A stretch of DNA of 64,000 bases from an uncultured virus (IMG/VR IMGVR_UViG_3300025732_000038) (lineage: Duplodnaviria > Heunggongvirae > Uroviricota > Caudoviricetes): IMG/VR virus record IMGVR_UViG_3300025732_000038; one strand, written 5' to 3'. Position 1 is the stretch's first letter; the number at the start of each line of letters is the position of its first letter. Below the pieces are notes generated by a model. The model was not told the DNA's origin. It saw only the letters and a program-made list of their open reading frames with translations, and made no database searches. Positions 34,545 through 44,366 of this stretch are shown piece by piece. A program made the position numbers and the translations under genes.

Positions 34545-35486
34545 TCAGGCGGTCTTAGCGGTCAACTTGCCCTGCTTCTTCGCGTTGCGAACCGTCAGGT
34601 TGCCGTAGCACATGATGAGTGCGTAGCGGGCATCCATGTTCTCGGGACGCACGAAGTCGGTCTGGGCGAACCACTTGCCCGAGTGACCAACGAGGGTGAG
34701 GTACTTGCTGTTCAGGAAGTACATGACACCAGCGGTGCAGTGCACATCGAAGGTGACGGGAGCAGCCTTGAACAGGAGGTTCTGGAAGCCCGCATCAGCG
34801 GTCTTCGTGTCGGTGTAACGCAACTGCGGCTGGAGCAGCGACTCATACTTCTCAAAGAGAGTCTGGGTCGTCAGCACCATGTCGGGATGGTCGTTGCCAA
34901 CCGACACCGTGTTGTACGCCGTGGCCATCTGGGCAAGCGTGAGAGCACCAGCGGTGTTCTCCTCATACGAACGCCAGAACTCGTTGCCGGCAGTAGCGCG
35001 GTTGATGCCGCCCACAGTGCCAGAAGCCTCAACGAGGTTTCCAAGACCATTCCAGTCCTTGCCCGAGTTACCAGTGCCATCAGCGAAGAACATCTGGTTG
35101 AAGCCTTCCTTGATGGACTCTTCAGCCTGCATCACCTTGGCCTCAAGGAGGTTCAGGATAGCCTGTTCGCCGTTGTTCTTGGCCTCTTCGATTCCCGAGA
35201 TGGCGATAGAAACAGCGTACTGCTTCCAGTCGAACTCGGCAGCCGAGATGCCTTCCTGAGCGGTGAGGCTCAGCGTGTCGTAGCCCGAGTACGAAGCAAC
35301 AGTGCTGTTGGTTCCGTAAATCAGCGGCTCAACAATCTTGGTTCCACCGTCAATCATCCGAATGCGACCCTTGTCCATGAGGAAGTAGGTGAGCGGACGT
35401 GCGGTGAACACGTTGTCAGTGAGTTGCTTGCGGTAGTTAGCAAGCGTGGTTGAAAGCAGTGCGTCAAAATTGGCGTTGCCTGCCAT
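34545..35486 (-). CDS. Major capsid protein
   Basis: 313 aa after the scaffold, AAGGAG SD, strong codon bias, FADGTG...GL, AGFQNL, downstream terminator. Confidence 0.88.
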   Translation of the reverse strand: MAGNANFDALLSTTLANYRKQLTDNVFTARPLTYFLMDKGRIRMIDGGTKIVEPLIYGTNSTVASYSGYDTLSLTAQEGISAAEFDWKQYAVSIAISGIEEAKNNGEQAILNLLEAKVMQAEESIKEGFNQMFFADGTGNSGKDWNGLGNLVEASGTVGGINRATAGNEFWRSYEENTAGALTLAQMATAYNTVSVGNDHPDMVLTTQTLFEKYESLLQPQLRYTDTKTADAGFQNLLFKAAPVTFDVHCTAGVMYFLNSKYLTLVGHSGKWFAQTDFVRPENMDARYALIMCYGNLTVRNAKKQGKLTAKTA

Positions 35487-35504
35487 GATATTGCTCCTTA
35501 GTTG

Positions 35505-36299
35505 TTAGGAGACGCCGTACTGTCGTTTTGCGGCAGCCCAAGCGTCAGAGATTGAACGGATGGGGCCTCCTTCGTCCTTGCTGCCCTTAGCAGAAGAACC
35601 GCCTTCGACAGGTGCGGCATTGCGCTTGGATTCGATTACCGCCTTCTCCTGCGCCGCTTTGTCTGCGGCGAGTTGCTTGGCGGCTTCTGCCTGCGCTGCC
35701 ACTCGGTCGTAAGCCAACTGCTTATAGACTGCTTCAAGATTGTTGTTGCCTTGCGATACGGCTGCAGCAACAACTTCTTGAGGAACAAAGTCTTCCCCGT
35801 ATTTATTTTGCAACGCCTGAATATCGCGTTCCAGTTGAGCATAAGCCTGTTGTTCCTCAAACGCCTTGATTCGCTTGTCCAGTTCAGCCAACTTGGCATC
35901 GGCTGGGTCTGCCCAAGCATCTTCAAAATCAAATTCATCGGCCATCTTAGCCGCCTCCTGTTTGGTGACGCCATAGTGTGTGGCCAACAAATCAATTGTT
36001 TGAGATGGATTATTCTCAAGGGCTGCCTGAATTGCGGTAGCCCACTGCAACTGCTGACGTTGCTCTGCCAGTTCCTGCGTCTTGCGGGTATAATCCGCAT
36101 GGCGCGAGTAGCCAGCAACAGCCTCTGTGAGAGGAACCCGAACATCCTCGCCGTCTACCTTCACGGTCACAAAGTGGTCCGAGAATTGGTCTACGTCAAG
36201 AACAGGTCCATCAAATACTTCGGCTGTCCCATCCACCTCTGAGACTTGTCCGCCATCTGCGGGGTCAACTTCGGGGATATCAATTATGTCACTCATCAT
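35505..36299 (-). CDS. Capsid scaffolding protein
   Basis: TVKVDGE...GYSRHADYTRKTQELA. Confidence 0.85.
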   Translation of the reverse strand: MMSDIIDIPEVDPADGGQVSEVDGTAEVFDGPVLDVDQFSDHFVTVKVDGEDVRVPLTEAVAGYSRHADYTRKTQELAEQRQQLQWATAIQAALENNPSQTIDLLATHYGVTKQEAAKMADEFDFEDAWADPADAKLAELDKRIKAFEEQQAYAQLERDIQALQNKYGEDFVPQEVVAAAVSQGNNNLEAVYKQLAYDRVAAQAEAAKQLAADKAAQEKAVIESKRNAAPVEGGSSAKGSKDEGGPIRSISDAWAAAKRQYGVS

Positions 36300-36344
36300 A
36301 CTCCTAGAGTCCACAAGGGTTGCTCTACGTATTGGGGCATATCG

Positions 36345-38159
36345 TTACATTGTGTTCGGCAAACCGATGCCCATACGGCTTGACAACGCTGCTAGAACGG
36401 CGGGGTCAACGCCGCTCAAACCTTCAGGGGTGGCCCCAGGCGGGGCGATAATGTCCGGTGATGGCATAGGTCCACCAGCAATGCCGGCCTGTTCAGGCGG
36501 CATTTCTGCGCCCATCTGCGGAGGCATCGGCGCACCAGCCGCTTCGGGCATGGGTGGTGCCTGCTGCAAGAACTCATCGGGGTTCTTGACGCCGAAACCG
36601 AACTGAAGGACATGGGTGGCCAACTGCTGCATGTTGATGATGCCAGCACCAGCGAACGGAGCCATGGCATCAACCATCTGGAGGGCCATCTGTCGACGGA
36701 ACGACTCGTTGACGGGAGCCGTAGAGCCAGCCTCCACCTCAAAGTCGAACTCTCCCGCGATGAAGTCGCGGTCAAAGGTGACCCATGCTGTCTCGCCATC
36801 CCGCCCGATAACACGGGCGACCTGCTCGCCAGTCATGAACTGTTGTGCCAAAGCCACAAGACGATGTGCGACATTGGCGATAACGCCTTCAATCGTAGCC
36901 AACTTGTCCGCAGCACGAGCGTTTGCGGCGTCCTGCATGATTGCCGCTTCTGTGGCCGTACGCCGAATCTCGGGCAGGCCACCACGCTGATACTCGGTCA
37001 CACCAGAAATCTGTTCGATATCAGCCTGAATCATATTCGACTGATTATAGAACTCGGGTGGCGTAATAACAGCAGGGAAGGGGGTGACAACATTGGACAA
37101 CGGTTCGTCGGAGTTGACGGGAACCATCACGTTGTCGTAGTCCGACTCCAAGGCCGAACGGCCATCGGAGTCAAACGCCGATTCTTTGAATAGATACTTG
37201 CGGGAGAAACGCTTACGATGATTCATCATCTGTGTACGCGTCTCATTCAGTTCGCGCTGAAGCGGCTCGATAGCCTCAAGGTCACCGATGGGATAGAAGT
37301 AATCGGGGATGTCGTAGTTGCGAATCATCACAAACGGATGCCCGAAGGCATACGGCATCTTGGTTGGCTTGATGAGGAACTGGTCGCTAGTTTCTGCGAA
37401 CACACACATGGTTCCAGACTTCAGGTCGTAGAACTCCCAAATGTCCGCGTACTGATGGCTTTCATCCCACGTCCGCTTTCGCTCTGGCTCATCAACATAG
37501 CGAGCAGTAGCCGAAGGGGATACATTCTCCCGAGCAGAACGGTTATAACGCTTGTCTGCCTTGATTTCACGCAATGGCCTACGGATGCGTTGAGCAATCC
37601 ATCGCATGTCCTCTTCGGAAGTAGCGTCTGGGTCAACGTAAACGTCGAATGGAGACACGCGCTCCACAAAAGGACGGTCTTCGCGCACAATAATGTTGGG
37701 CGTGATGAGGTTATTCTCATCAACAGTCGAAGCATCTTCACTTGTTTCGATTTCTTCTTCTTCGACATAACGATAACCCACCTTCAACCATGCGTGACCG
37801 ACAACAAGAAAGTCTTTGACCGCGCGACGGAACTGCGGCTTCACCTTATAGTGCTTCCACCAGTAGTTCACTACCGCTTCCGTAATGATAGCACGAGGAG
37901 AGTCCTCGGGCTTGCGCGCATTCACCGCAATCTTCGGATAGTTCACCGAAACACTGGGGCTAATCACGTTGACAGTAGCGAAGGCAGCATTGATGAGCAG
38001 CCTATCTTCGTCTGTGGCGAACTCGTAGTGCCGGCCACGATACAGGTCAACAAGGCGACGCCAAGTATCGTCGTATCCTTCTTCGCGACGCCAACGCTTC
38101 GACTTGTAGATGTGCTGCTTGTAGCGCGCAAGAATCTCGCTATTAGAGAGTCTGGGCAT
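36345..38159 (-). CDS. Portal protein (P22-like)
   Basis: RVSPFDVYVDP, ISGV...RG...TATE; ~604 aa from ATG at 38159. Confidence 0.9.
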   Translation of the reverse strand: MPRLSNSEILARYKQHIYKSKRWRREEGYDDTWRRLVDLYRGRHYEFATDEDRLLINAAFATVNVISPSVSVNYPKIAVNARKPEDSPRAIITEAVVNYWWKHYKVKPQFRRAVKDFLVVGHAWLKVGYRYVEEEEIETSEDASTVDENNLITPNIIVREDRPFVERVSPFDVYVDPDATSEEDMRWIAQRIRRPLREIKADKRYNRSARENVSPSATARYVDEPERKRTWDESHQYADIWEFYDLKSGTMCVFAETSDQFLIKPTKMPYAFGHPFVMIRNYDIPDYFYPIGDLEAIEPLQRELNETRTQMMNHRKRFSRKYLFKESAFDSDGRSALESDYDNVMVPVNSDEPLSNVVTPFPAVITPPEFYNQSNMIQADIEQISGVTEYQRGGLPEIRRTATEAAIMQDAANARAADKLATIEGVIANVAHRLVALAQQFMTGEQVARVIGRDGETAWVTFDRDFIAGEFDFEVEAGSTAPVNESFRRQMALQMVDAMAPFAGAGIINMQQLATHVLQFGFGVKNPDEFLQQAPPMPEAAGAPMPPQMGAEMPPEQAGIAGGPMPSPDIIAPPGATPEGLSGVDPAVLAALSSRMGIGLPNTM

Positions 38160-38334
38160 CTTCGCTATTCCAAACCTGGGCTGAACGACCCAACCAGTTC
38201 CACACGGCAATCAGGCCAGCAATGCCTGCAGCCTTGAAGAAAGACATGTTGAATACGGCGGCGGTCAGCGGCGAAGCCGTTGCCCCCGCAATGAAGGTGG
38301 CAACTGCACGATGGAATGCTTCCTTGTAACTCAC
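38143..38334 (-). CDS. Holin-like small membrane protein
   Basis: Homolog of 363-554. Confidence 0.6.
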   Translation of the reverse strand: MSYKEAFHRAVATFIAGATASPLTAAVFNMSFFKAAGIAGLIAVWNWLGRSAQVWNSEDAQTL

Positions 38335-38522
38335 AACCCCTCCTTGAGGTGATAATCAATGTGGTCGTCCAATCGATTGTCGATATGGTCAACCTTCTTT
38401 TCGATACGGTTCAAAACTCTCAGGTTCTCGCCATGCTGTTCGGTATTCCGCTTATCGAAACGGTGCAATCCCCACATCAGGGGACCGCCAATAACGGCAA
38501 CGGCGATAGGAACCCACCACAT
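38331..38522 (-). CDS. Small membrane-anchored coiled-coil protein
   Basis: Homolog of 551-742. Confidence 0.7.
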   Translation of the reverse strand: MWWVPIAVAVIGGPLMWGLHRFDKRNTEQHGENLRVLNRIEKKVDHIDNRLDDHIDYHLKEGL

Positions 38523-38526
38523 GGCA

Positions 38527-38754
38527 TTACACCCAACGATTCCCGACGCGCTCGGCCTTGATGCCAGCATCAGCGGCCTGCTTTTCCTGCTGTCGTTGAC
38601 GCTCCACAATGGTCGGACCATGGAAATCCTCTTTGCCATGGGTGAATCCGAGGCGTACACCCTGAATATGGCATTTGAAGCACACCGCGCCACGGCGCGG
38701 AAGGACATCAAAGGAGAAAATATTGCCGCATTCGGTACAGTTGATAGCGCCCAT
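38527..38754 (-). CDS. Small zinc-ribbon protein
   Basis: Homolog of 747-974. Confidence 0.7.
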   Translation of the reverse strand: MGAINCTECGNIFSFDVLPRRGAVCFKCHIQGVRLGFTHGKEDFHGPTIVERQRQQEKQAADAGIKAERVGNRWV

Positions 38755-38776
38755 CACAGATAAAGCCTTTCGTTAC
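38755..38776 (-). promoter_or_regulatory. Putative late promoter GTAACGA-N15-ATG
   Basis: GTAACGA AAGGCTTTATCTGTG ATG. Confidence 0.65.
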
Positions 38777-40362
38777 CCACGGGAACGGGTGTTATGCGCC
38801 CCAAGCGGCACCCTTTTGAACGGTTCTTCCTCCGAAATCAAGAATTTCTCAAACCAATTGAGGCTATATTTGGGCGCAGCAACCTCAGCCCTGTATTCGG
38901 GAAGCCAGACGTACTTCAACATCTGCCAGCAGATAGCCAAAGACATCACCCTGTCATCGTGGGGGGAGCCGTTCATCCTGCCATTGGGGTTTCGGACGAA
39001 GGTAATCAATTCCTGGATGGTGCGCTCGTCCTCAATGGTGATTTCGTGGTCACGGATAGCCGCAGCCAGTTCGTCGATGGCCAGCGGCTTGGTGGCTACA
39101 GTCGTGCGCCAACCCAGAATCTCGGTCGCTTCAGGATTTCGCTGTTGAAGGCGACGGGTGCGGTATATATTCTTATAGCCGTAGCGTTGAATGGCCTTCA
39201 ACGTGGTCAAACCATGGTTGTTGTTCTCCACACCCAGCAAAGCGCCGTTGTACCAGTAGCCCAACTCGGCTAGCAGGTCGCCAAATAAGTCTGGTTCAAT
39301 GTGGCCGTGCCAATGGGCGACGACCCGCAGGTCGTGCGCCTCAATAATGTGAGCCGAACTGTAGTCTCCATGCGCTAAACCTTCAGCCACGTCAGCACCA
39401 ATCACATACACCCCATCGGGGCGCGGTTCTTCCCAGATGCAGAACTCCCCATCGGGAGTCTGCCTGAACTCCAGATTCTTTCGTGACAGTACATGCACAT
39501 AGCCGCGGCGCGGCGCAACAGTCTCCAACTCCCTGAGAGCATCGACATCGAAGACGGGGTTGCCCGACTTGATGAATGCTTCCTCTGGGTTGCGGGGGTA
39601 TTCCTGATGCAACTGCCATGAAGGCATCGAGCGTTCCTTGGCCTCATACCAGTCATCGTTTCGGTCGCCAGCAGACCAAGGCCAGAAGATACCCTTGAAG
39701 TTGTTTGTCCCCGTCTGTGACCCCACCCACAGATGATGGAAGAAGTTGCCAGAACCATTGGCGGTACTCAGACAGATGACACGACCGCCAACGTCAGCAA
39801 TAGGTTCGATAGAAGCCCATGCCTCTTCGCTGTTGGGCAAGAAGGCCATTTCGTCCACGATGACAAGATAAACGGATTCGCCTCGGGCGGGGTCGTTGCC
39901 CGAAGGCAGTGACTCAATAGCCGACTCGTTGGCGAACGTCATCTTCAACTGGTTGTCCGATGTCAACTGTGGTCCGCGCTGACGCATCCAAGCAGGCAGA
40001 AACTTGTAACCATACTTGGATTTCTGCAACAACTTGGCTGCTTCGCGTTCCGTGCGCGAAAGCATGACAATAAACCTGTCGGGCCAGAAGAAAGCCAGCC
40101 AGAAAGCATAGGCGGCAGCCAGTGTGGAGAATCCAATCTGACGGGCTTTGAGCACCACACTATAGCGGTTGCTCATCCAGGCGCGAATGGTTTCCGACTG
40201 GGCTTCACGCAACTCAAACAGAATACGCCCCTGCTCGGGATGCTTGATGTTCCAATAGTTCTCGCAGAAATAAGCGAAGCCTTCCAGCAGGTCGTCGATT
40301 GAATCGGAAGACCCGCGGCAAAGCCGCCATTCACGCTCATTGAGCAGTTCGTTTAGTTCCAT
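38773..40362 (-). CDS. terL: Terminase large subunit
   Basis: Near-identical protein to 993-2582 with many synonymous changes. Confidence 0.95.
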   Translation of the reverse strand: MELNELLNEREWRLCRGSSDSIDDLLEGFAYFCENYWNIKHPEQGRILFELREAQSETIRAWMSNRYSVVLKARQIGFSTLAAAYAFWLAFFWPDRFIVMLSRTEREAAKLLQKSKYGYKFLPAWMRQRGPQLTSDNQLKMTFANESAIESLPSGNDPARGESVYLVIVDEMAFLPNSEEAWASIEPIADVGGRVICLSTANGSGNFFHHLWVGSQTGTNNFKGIFWPWSAGDRNDDWYEAKERSMPSWQLHQEYPRNPEEAFIKSGNPVFDVDALRELETVAPRRGYVHVLSRKNLEFRQTPDGEFCIWEEPRPDGVYVIGADVAEGLAHGDYSSAHIIEAHDLRVVAHWHGHIEPDLFGDLLAELGYWYNGALLGVENNNHGLTTLKAIQRYGYKNIYRTRRLQQRNPEATEILGWRTTVATKPLAIDELAAAIRDHEITIEDERTIQELITFVRNPNGRMNGSPHDDRVMSLAICWQMLKYVWLPEYRAEVAAPKYSLNWFEKFLISEEEPFKRVPLGAHNTRSRG

Positions 40363-40363
40363 G

Positions 40364-41056
40364 TTATCGGCGTAGATACGTCCTGATTTCAGGTGGGAAG
40401 CCAACCTGAATAACTTGACGCAAAACAATTGTGTCATTCAGCGTGCGGCCAGCATTCGCCCACAATGCCACATCCGTTGACCCAGCACCATCCGATGCCG
40501 ACGAACGCAGAATGATGACATCCCTGACGGCGATGGCGGAAGATGAGCCAGCGCCCGTAGCGGATTTGAAAACTGTTCGGAGAGTCTGTGTTAGTGCTGA
40601 CGAAGAGCCAGAACCAGCGGCCCCTCGGAAGACTTGCCGCACCCAATCCGCCGTGCCTGTCGATGTGCCAGAACCCGTAGCGGAAGCAGAGCGACCCTTG
40701 AACGATGTGATTGCATGCGTGCCAGTTCCAGAACCAGAAGCGGTTCTTGGAACGGTGCGCAGACTGGCGCCTGCTTGCGTGCCTTGCCCACTGCCAGTAG
40801 CAGTGCGGATTGCGGTTCGCAGGCCAGAAGCGGCAGAGCCGCCGACGCCAGAGCCAGAGCCAGTTTCCAGATGCGCCACCGCACCAAGTGCGGTTGACGC
40901 ACCAACGCCAGAACCCGAAGCAGTCTTCAGGAATAAACGTGAACCAGAAGCGGATTGCGTGCCTGTGCCACTGCCTGTGGCGGTACGCAAAGGCATACCC
41001 TCATAGTTGAATGAACTATTCTCATATAGTTCTAAGGAATCGTATAATGCCGCCAT
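40364..41056 (-). CDS. Gly/Ser/Thr-rich repetitive virion/tail protein
   Basis: Homolog of 2584-3336, 20 aa (one repeat) shorter. Confidence 0.65.
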   Translation of the reverse strand: MAALYDSLELYENSSFNYEGMPLRTATGSGTGTQSASGSRLFLKTASGSGVGASTALGAVAHLETGSGSGVGGSAASGLRTAIRTATGSGQGTQAGASLRTVPRTASGSGTGTHAITSFKGRSASATGSGTSTGTADWVRQVFRGAAGSGSSSALTQTLRTVFKSATGAGSSSAIAVRDVIILRSSASDGAGSTDVALWANAGRTLNDTIVLRQVIQVGFPPEIRTYLRR

Positions 41057-41069
41057 GAGGCGCTAGTTC

Positions 41070-41279
41070 CTAGATGTTTAGAGGCGAAGGGGGCTTGGGC
41101 AAACCGAAAGTAGCGTATCTGCCAACAATGGCACTAGCCCATGATAGTGCGCCATCAATATCGCCCCACGGACCACACTTGTCGATGACAACACCATCTT
41201 TGCGAACTTCAACAGTGTTATCATCAAATACACTAGATGAGTATTCGCCTGCGTAAAAAGAATCAATAATAATGCTCAT
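41070..41279 (-). CDS. Small protein after the receptor-binding gene (allele B)
   Basis: MSIIIDSFYAG...GPWGD...W; no evident similarity to 3339-3572. Confidence 0.55.
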   Translation of the reverse strand: MSIIIDSFYAGEYSSSVFDDNTVEVRKDGVVIDKCGPWGDIDGALSWASAIVGRYATFGLPKPPSPLNI

Positions 41280-41287
41280 GCTAATCC

Positions 41288-42307
41288 TTATTTGATTGTT
41301 GGCAAACCGTACGAATGACAAAAGCCATATGCAAAATCGTTTACGCTTGTGCTAGGCGATGTCCTACTTGTCCATGTGGTCCCATTGCTAGATGTCTGGA
41401 CGGAAATACCGTTACCGCCGCCAGAAGATGTGTATAGCGGACCAACAATAGCCATAAAACCAGTATCATCAACAGCACCGTTTTGTGGTATCATGGTGCT
41501 ATCAGCCAAAGTTCTATCCGTCCAAGTTGTTCCGTTAGTAGAACTTTGCACATCTGATGTCGTTGGGAATACAAGACTCTTTAGTGAAGCAAATGCTAAT
41601 GTTGAAGAGTTGGAAATAAATACACCACCCAATGCCAAACCAGTAAATGCTGATGTTCTTGCGGTCCAAGTAATACCATCAGTTGAACTTGCCAATGCAC
41701 CAGTCGTACCACCATCAGACCCAAGAACCCAAATAGATTGTTGTTTCCAATAATAAATAGACTGTTGAAAGTGGGAGTTACTCAAAGTGCAAGGGGTGCT
41801 AGTCCATGTTGATGTGGGATTTGTCGCGCGTATAAGATAATCACCCCCGCTTTCACCAATAAGCCACAAACCATTTCCATAAGCAACAGAGGTTAAATCA
41901 TTGGATGTTCCACTAGTACGCTGTGTCCAAGTAATACCATCGGTGCTGGTGGCAATCTTGCCACCTTCTCCAGAAGCGACCCAATAACCATCCGCACCAT
42001 AAGCAACATAGTTAATGCTACTCGTACCGAAACTGGATGTTCGCTGTGTCCAAGTAATGCCATCGGTACTGGTAGCAAGTTTGCCGCCCTGACCAACCGC
42101 AACAAACATTGTTCCATTCGAAGCAACATCTTGAATAGCCGTGCTACCAAATGAACTAGTACGCGAAGTCCAAGATGAAGCAGTAGAACTAGTGCTAGTC
42201 CACAGTTTGCCACCATCTCCAACTATCACCCACATATAAGGCAATAGTTTCTTCCGACTTAGATAGCCGATATTTGCGGCGTTAGCGCGCGTAGTAACTA
42301 GCGGCAT
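41288..42307 (-). CDS. BNR-like repeat tail / putative receptor-binding protein (allele B)
   Basis: TSTDGITWTQRTS repeats; start re-assigned to ATG at 42307 (MPLVTTRAN). Confidence 0.75.
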   Translation of the reverse strand: MPLVTTRANAANIGYLSRKKLLPYMWVIVGDGGKLWTSTSSTASSWTSRTSSFGSTAIQDVASNGTMFVAVGQGGKLATSTDGITWTQRTSSFGTSSINYVAYGADGYWVASGEGGKIATSTDGITWTQRTSGTSNDLTSVAYGNGLWLIGESGGDYLIRATNPTSTWTSTPCTLSNSHFQQSIYYWKQQSIWVLGSDGGTTGALASSTDGITWTARTSAFTGLALGGVFISNSSTLAFASLKSLVFPTTSDVQSSTNGTTWTDRTLADSTMIPQNGAVDDTGFMAIVGPLYTSSGGGNGISVQTSSNGTTWTSRTSPSTSVNDFAYGFCHSYGLPTIK

Positions 42308-42314
42308 CCTAGCC

Positions 42315-42962
42315 TCACTTGAACTGCGACTGAGAAGCCAGAACAGTATAGGTCGGCGTAGCCGCAGTCTTGATAATCGTAAAAGTATACAAATCAACAG
42401 ATGACGCATTGCCAGCCGTAGGCGCAGTACCACCCAACCATTTGGGGGTTACGCTAGTGCCATCAATCTGGAATGCTGTCGGATAGTATGCGGTTGAACC
42501 CTGAGTCACGGCAAACGCCACAGTGATACTATCGCCAGTGTTCAGCAACGAAGCCAAAGTGGTGGACCCATCACCACGAAAGTTGAAAGTCCAGTTAGCA
42601 CTAGCGTTGCTGGTGTAATACCACGCGCTAGCAGTATTGGCATCCATGTTGACTGTACCAGTGGCGGCAGTAGCCGACACATTCCAAGTCTCCTCGGTTT
42701 CTTTGAGAACAGCACCATTCACCACAGGGGCAGTGAGCGTCTTGTTCGTCAAAGTCTGAGTGCCAGTAAGCGTAGCCGCCTGAGCAATCTTATAGTCAAG
42801 ACTGGTCGTAACAGCCGAACTGTCAACCCCAACCTTGGCTTGCAATGCCTCAATGGCATCGTTCGCATTGGCGTGTTGCGCCGAATGCGATGGGCTGTTC
42901 AGCGGGTCGCTGGAAGTCGGATTGGTGAGCGAATCAAGCGAGGAGGGAAAGTTGGTGGCCAT
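42315..42962 (-). CDS. Minor tail / tail fibre protein
   Basis: Homolog of 4922-5569. Confidence 0.75.
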   Translation of the reverse strand: MATNFPSSLDSLTNPTSSDPLNSPSHSAQHANANDAIEALQAKVGVDSSAVTTSLDYKIAQAATLTGTQTLTNKTLTAPVVNGAVLKETEETWNVSATAATGTVNMDANTASAWYYTSNASANWTFNFRGDGSTTLASLLNTGDSITVAFAVTQGSTAYYPTAFQIDGTSVTPKWLGGTAPTAGNASSVDLYTFTIIKTAATPTYTVLASQSQFK

Positions 42963-42965
42963 CTA

Positions 42966-43328
42966 TTAGTCCAGTGTCAACGTCAGGCTGGTAATCTGGA
43001 AAGTGTCACCAGCGGTCACAGCAGCAGACGACGACAAAGCGCCAGACCACAGACAGTTCCCAGAACTGCTCGCATCCCAAGCCGACCAATGGCTATATGT
43101 CTCCGTGTTCGGAACGCTTGTCCATGTGACGGCAGCCGACGAAGCCAACGAACCGCTAGCGGCAGTGGAAAACGAAACGGTCTGACGCGAGGTATTGGCA
43201 GCGGCATTCGCCGTGCCATCCTCGCCAGGGTCACCCGTATGCAAGGCCAAATAAACGGTCGACACAGAGAACGACTGCGCACGAAGGGTGTCCAGCAACT
43301 TGTTCTCAAGATAGTTAGAAATGCTCAC
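42966..43328 (-). CDS. Small tail-associated structural protein
   Basis: Homolog of 5573-5935. Confidence 0.7.
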   Translation of the reverse strand: MSISNYLENKLLDTLRAQSFSVSTVYLALHTGDPGEDGTANAAANTSRQTVSFSTAASGSLASSAAVTWTSVPNTETYSHWSAWDASSSGNCLWSGALSSSAAVTAGDTFQITSLTLTLD

Positions 43329-43465
43329 TCGGCGTCCTCAGTTGACTCGGGGGAAGGTTCCCCATCACAGCACGAATCCTTGAAACCACAAGAAGGACAC
43401 CGCCAGCGGCAAGCCGTAGGCGGATACTCCTCACCGCAGTTCAAGCACTCAACTAAATGCCCCAT
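43325..43465 (-). CDS. 46-aa zinc-finger microprotein
   Basis: Homolog of 5932-6072. Confidence 0.7.
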   Translation of the reverse strand: MGHLVECLNCGEEYPPTACRWRCPSCGFKDSCCDGEPSPESTEDAE

Positions 43466-43468
43466 TCG

Positions 43469-43903
43469 TTACATCGCCTTGAGGTGCGAACCACGCGTCT
43501 CACGCTCACGAGAAGCCACAGCCGCAATCAAGTCATCCAACTCTTGGTCAGACAACTCAGCAGCCCCCTTCTCCGACTTCAATGTGACCGTAGGCGGAGC
43601 CATCCGATTCGTCGCCTGAAGGTACAACTGAGCGGCTTTGATGTCACCCTCCAGAGCCTTGCCATAGAGCGTGTCCAGCAGCCTCTGGCTGCGCTCTGGC
43701 GACCCCTGAACCTCGTCCACCTTGGCCTGCCAAGCCTTACGGAAGACATCCTTCTTTTCCCAGCGGCGAAGGGTCGACGAGTCGACTCCTACGCTGGCCG
43801 CATACGCCGCTTTTGAGGATGGTTCTCGTTCTTGGGGTGGGGTGCATAGCCAGCCGATGTACGCCTCTTGGCGGGCGTCCAGCAGGTTTTCTTCTAGTGC
43901 CAT
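43469..43903 (-). CDS. Putative terminase small subunit (HTH)
   Basis: Homolog of 6076-6510. Confidence 0.7.
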   Translation of the reverse strand: MALEENLLDARQEAYIGWLCTPPQEREPSSKAAYAASVGVDSSTLRRWEKKDVFRKAWQAKVDEVQGSPERSQRLLDTLYGKALEGDIKAAQLYLQATNRMAPPTVTLKSEKGAAELSDQELDDLIAAVASRERETRGSHLKAM

Positions 43904-43925
43904 CACTTGTAGTTGTGTTCGTTAC
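43904..43925 (-). promoter_or_regulatory. Putative late promoter GTAACGA-N15-ATG
   Basis: GTAACGA ACACAACTACAAGTG ATG; spacer sequence differs from copy 1 but length is kept. Confidence 0.65.
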
Positions 43926-43952
43926 CGGGCATGTAACGCGTAACGCTTTGGA

Positions 43953-44028
43953 TAGGGGCCTACAGTAATCGGGGCTAGCGCAGCGCCGGCCCCGATACAG
44001 TATCCAATCAACTACGACGAACACAGGT
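43953..44028 (+). promoter_or_regulatory. TAGGGG-NN-TACAGT-hairpin-AACTACGAC module
   Basis: Counterpart of 6570-6645. Confidence 0.55.
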
Positions 44029-44031
44029 GGG

Positions 44032-44211
44032 ATGATGGCCAGTAAGAAGCATCGCGGTTTCAAGGCAGTCCAGAAGGAGATTGCCAAGAAGCAAGGAATC
44101 TCTCTTGAGAGGGCTGGCGCCATTTTGGCGGCAGGTGCCCGTAAGGCCAGCCCCGCAGCCGTTCGAGCCAACCCCCGCCTCAAGCGGGTGTCGGGAGTGA
44201 AGGGAAAGTAA
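44032..44211 (+). CDS. Basic protein (59 aa, not in ORF track)
   Basis: MMASKKHRGFKAVQKEIAKKQGISLERAGAILAAGARKAS... Confidence 0.65.
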   Translation: MMASKKHRGFKAVQKEIAKKQGISLERAGAILAAGARKASPAAVRANPRLKRVSGVKGK

Positions 44212-44366
44212 TGGCAGCCAAGAAGCAAGCCCCCAAGGGATACCATCGGATGCCGAACGGCAAACTGATGAAGGGCACGTCACACAAGGAAGGACCCCGC
44301 CACGAACGTGGCGAGTCCAAGGCTGAGAAGCGAGCCGAGTACGGCCCCAAGCCGAAGAAGAAATAA
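44211..44366 (+). CDS. Basic protein (51 aa, not in ORF track)
   Basis: MAAKKQAPKGYHRMPNGKLMKG...; matches the C-half of 6652-6945. Confidence 0.7.
   Translation: MAAKKQAPKGYHRMPNGKLMKGTSHKEGPRHERGESKAEKRAEYGPKPKKK

Noticed and set aside
34683..38237. Long plus-strand ORFs opposite capsid, scaffold and portal (e.g. 34683-35453, 37218-38237) and similar antisense ORFs elsewhere
   Set aside because: Shadow ORFs from high-GC codon bias; no SD, no recognisable motifs
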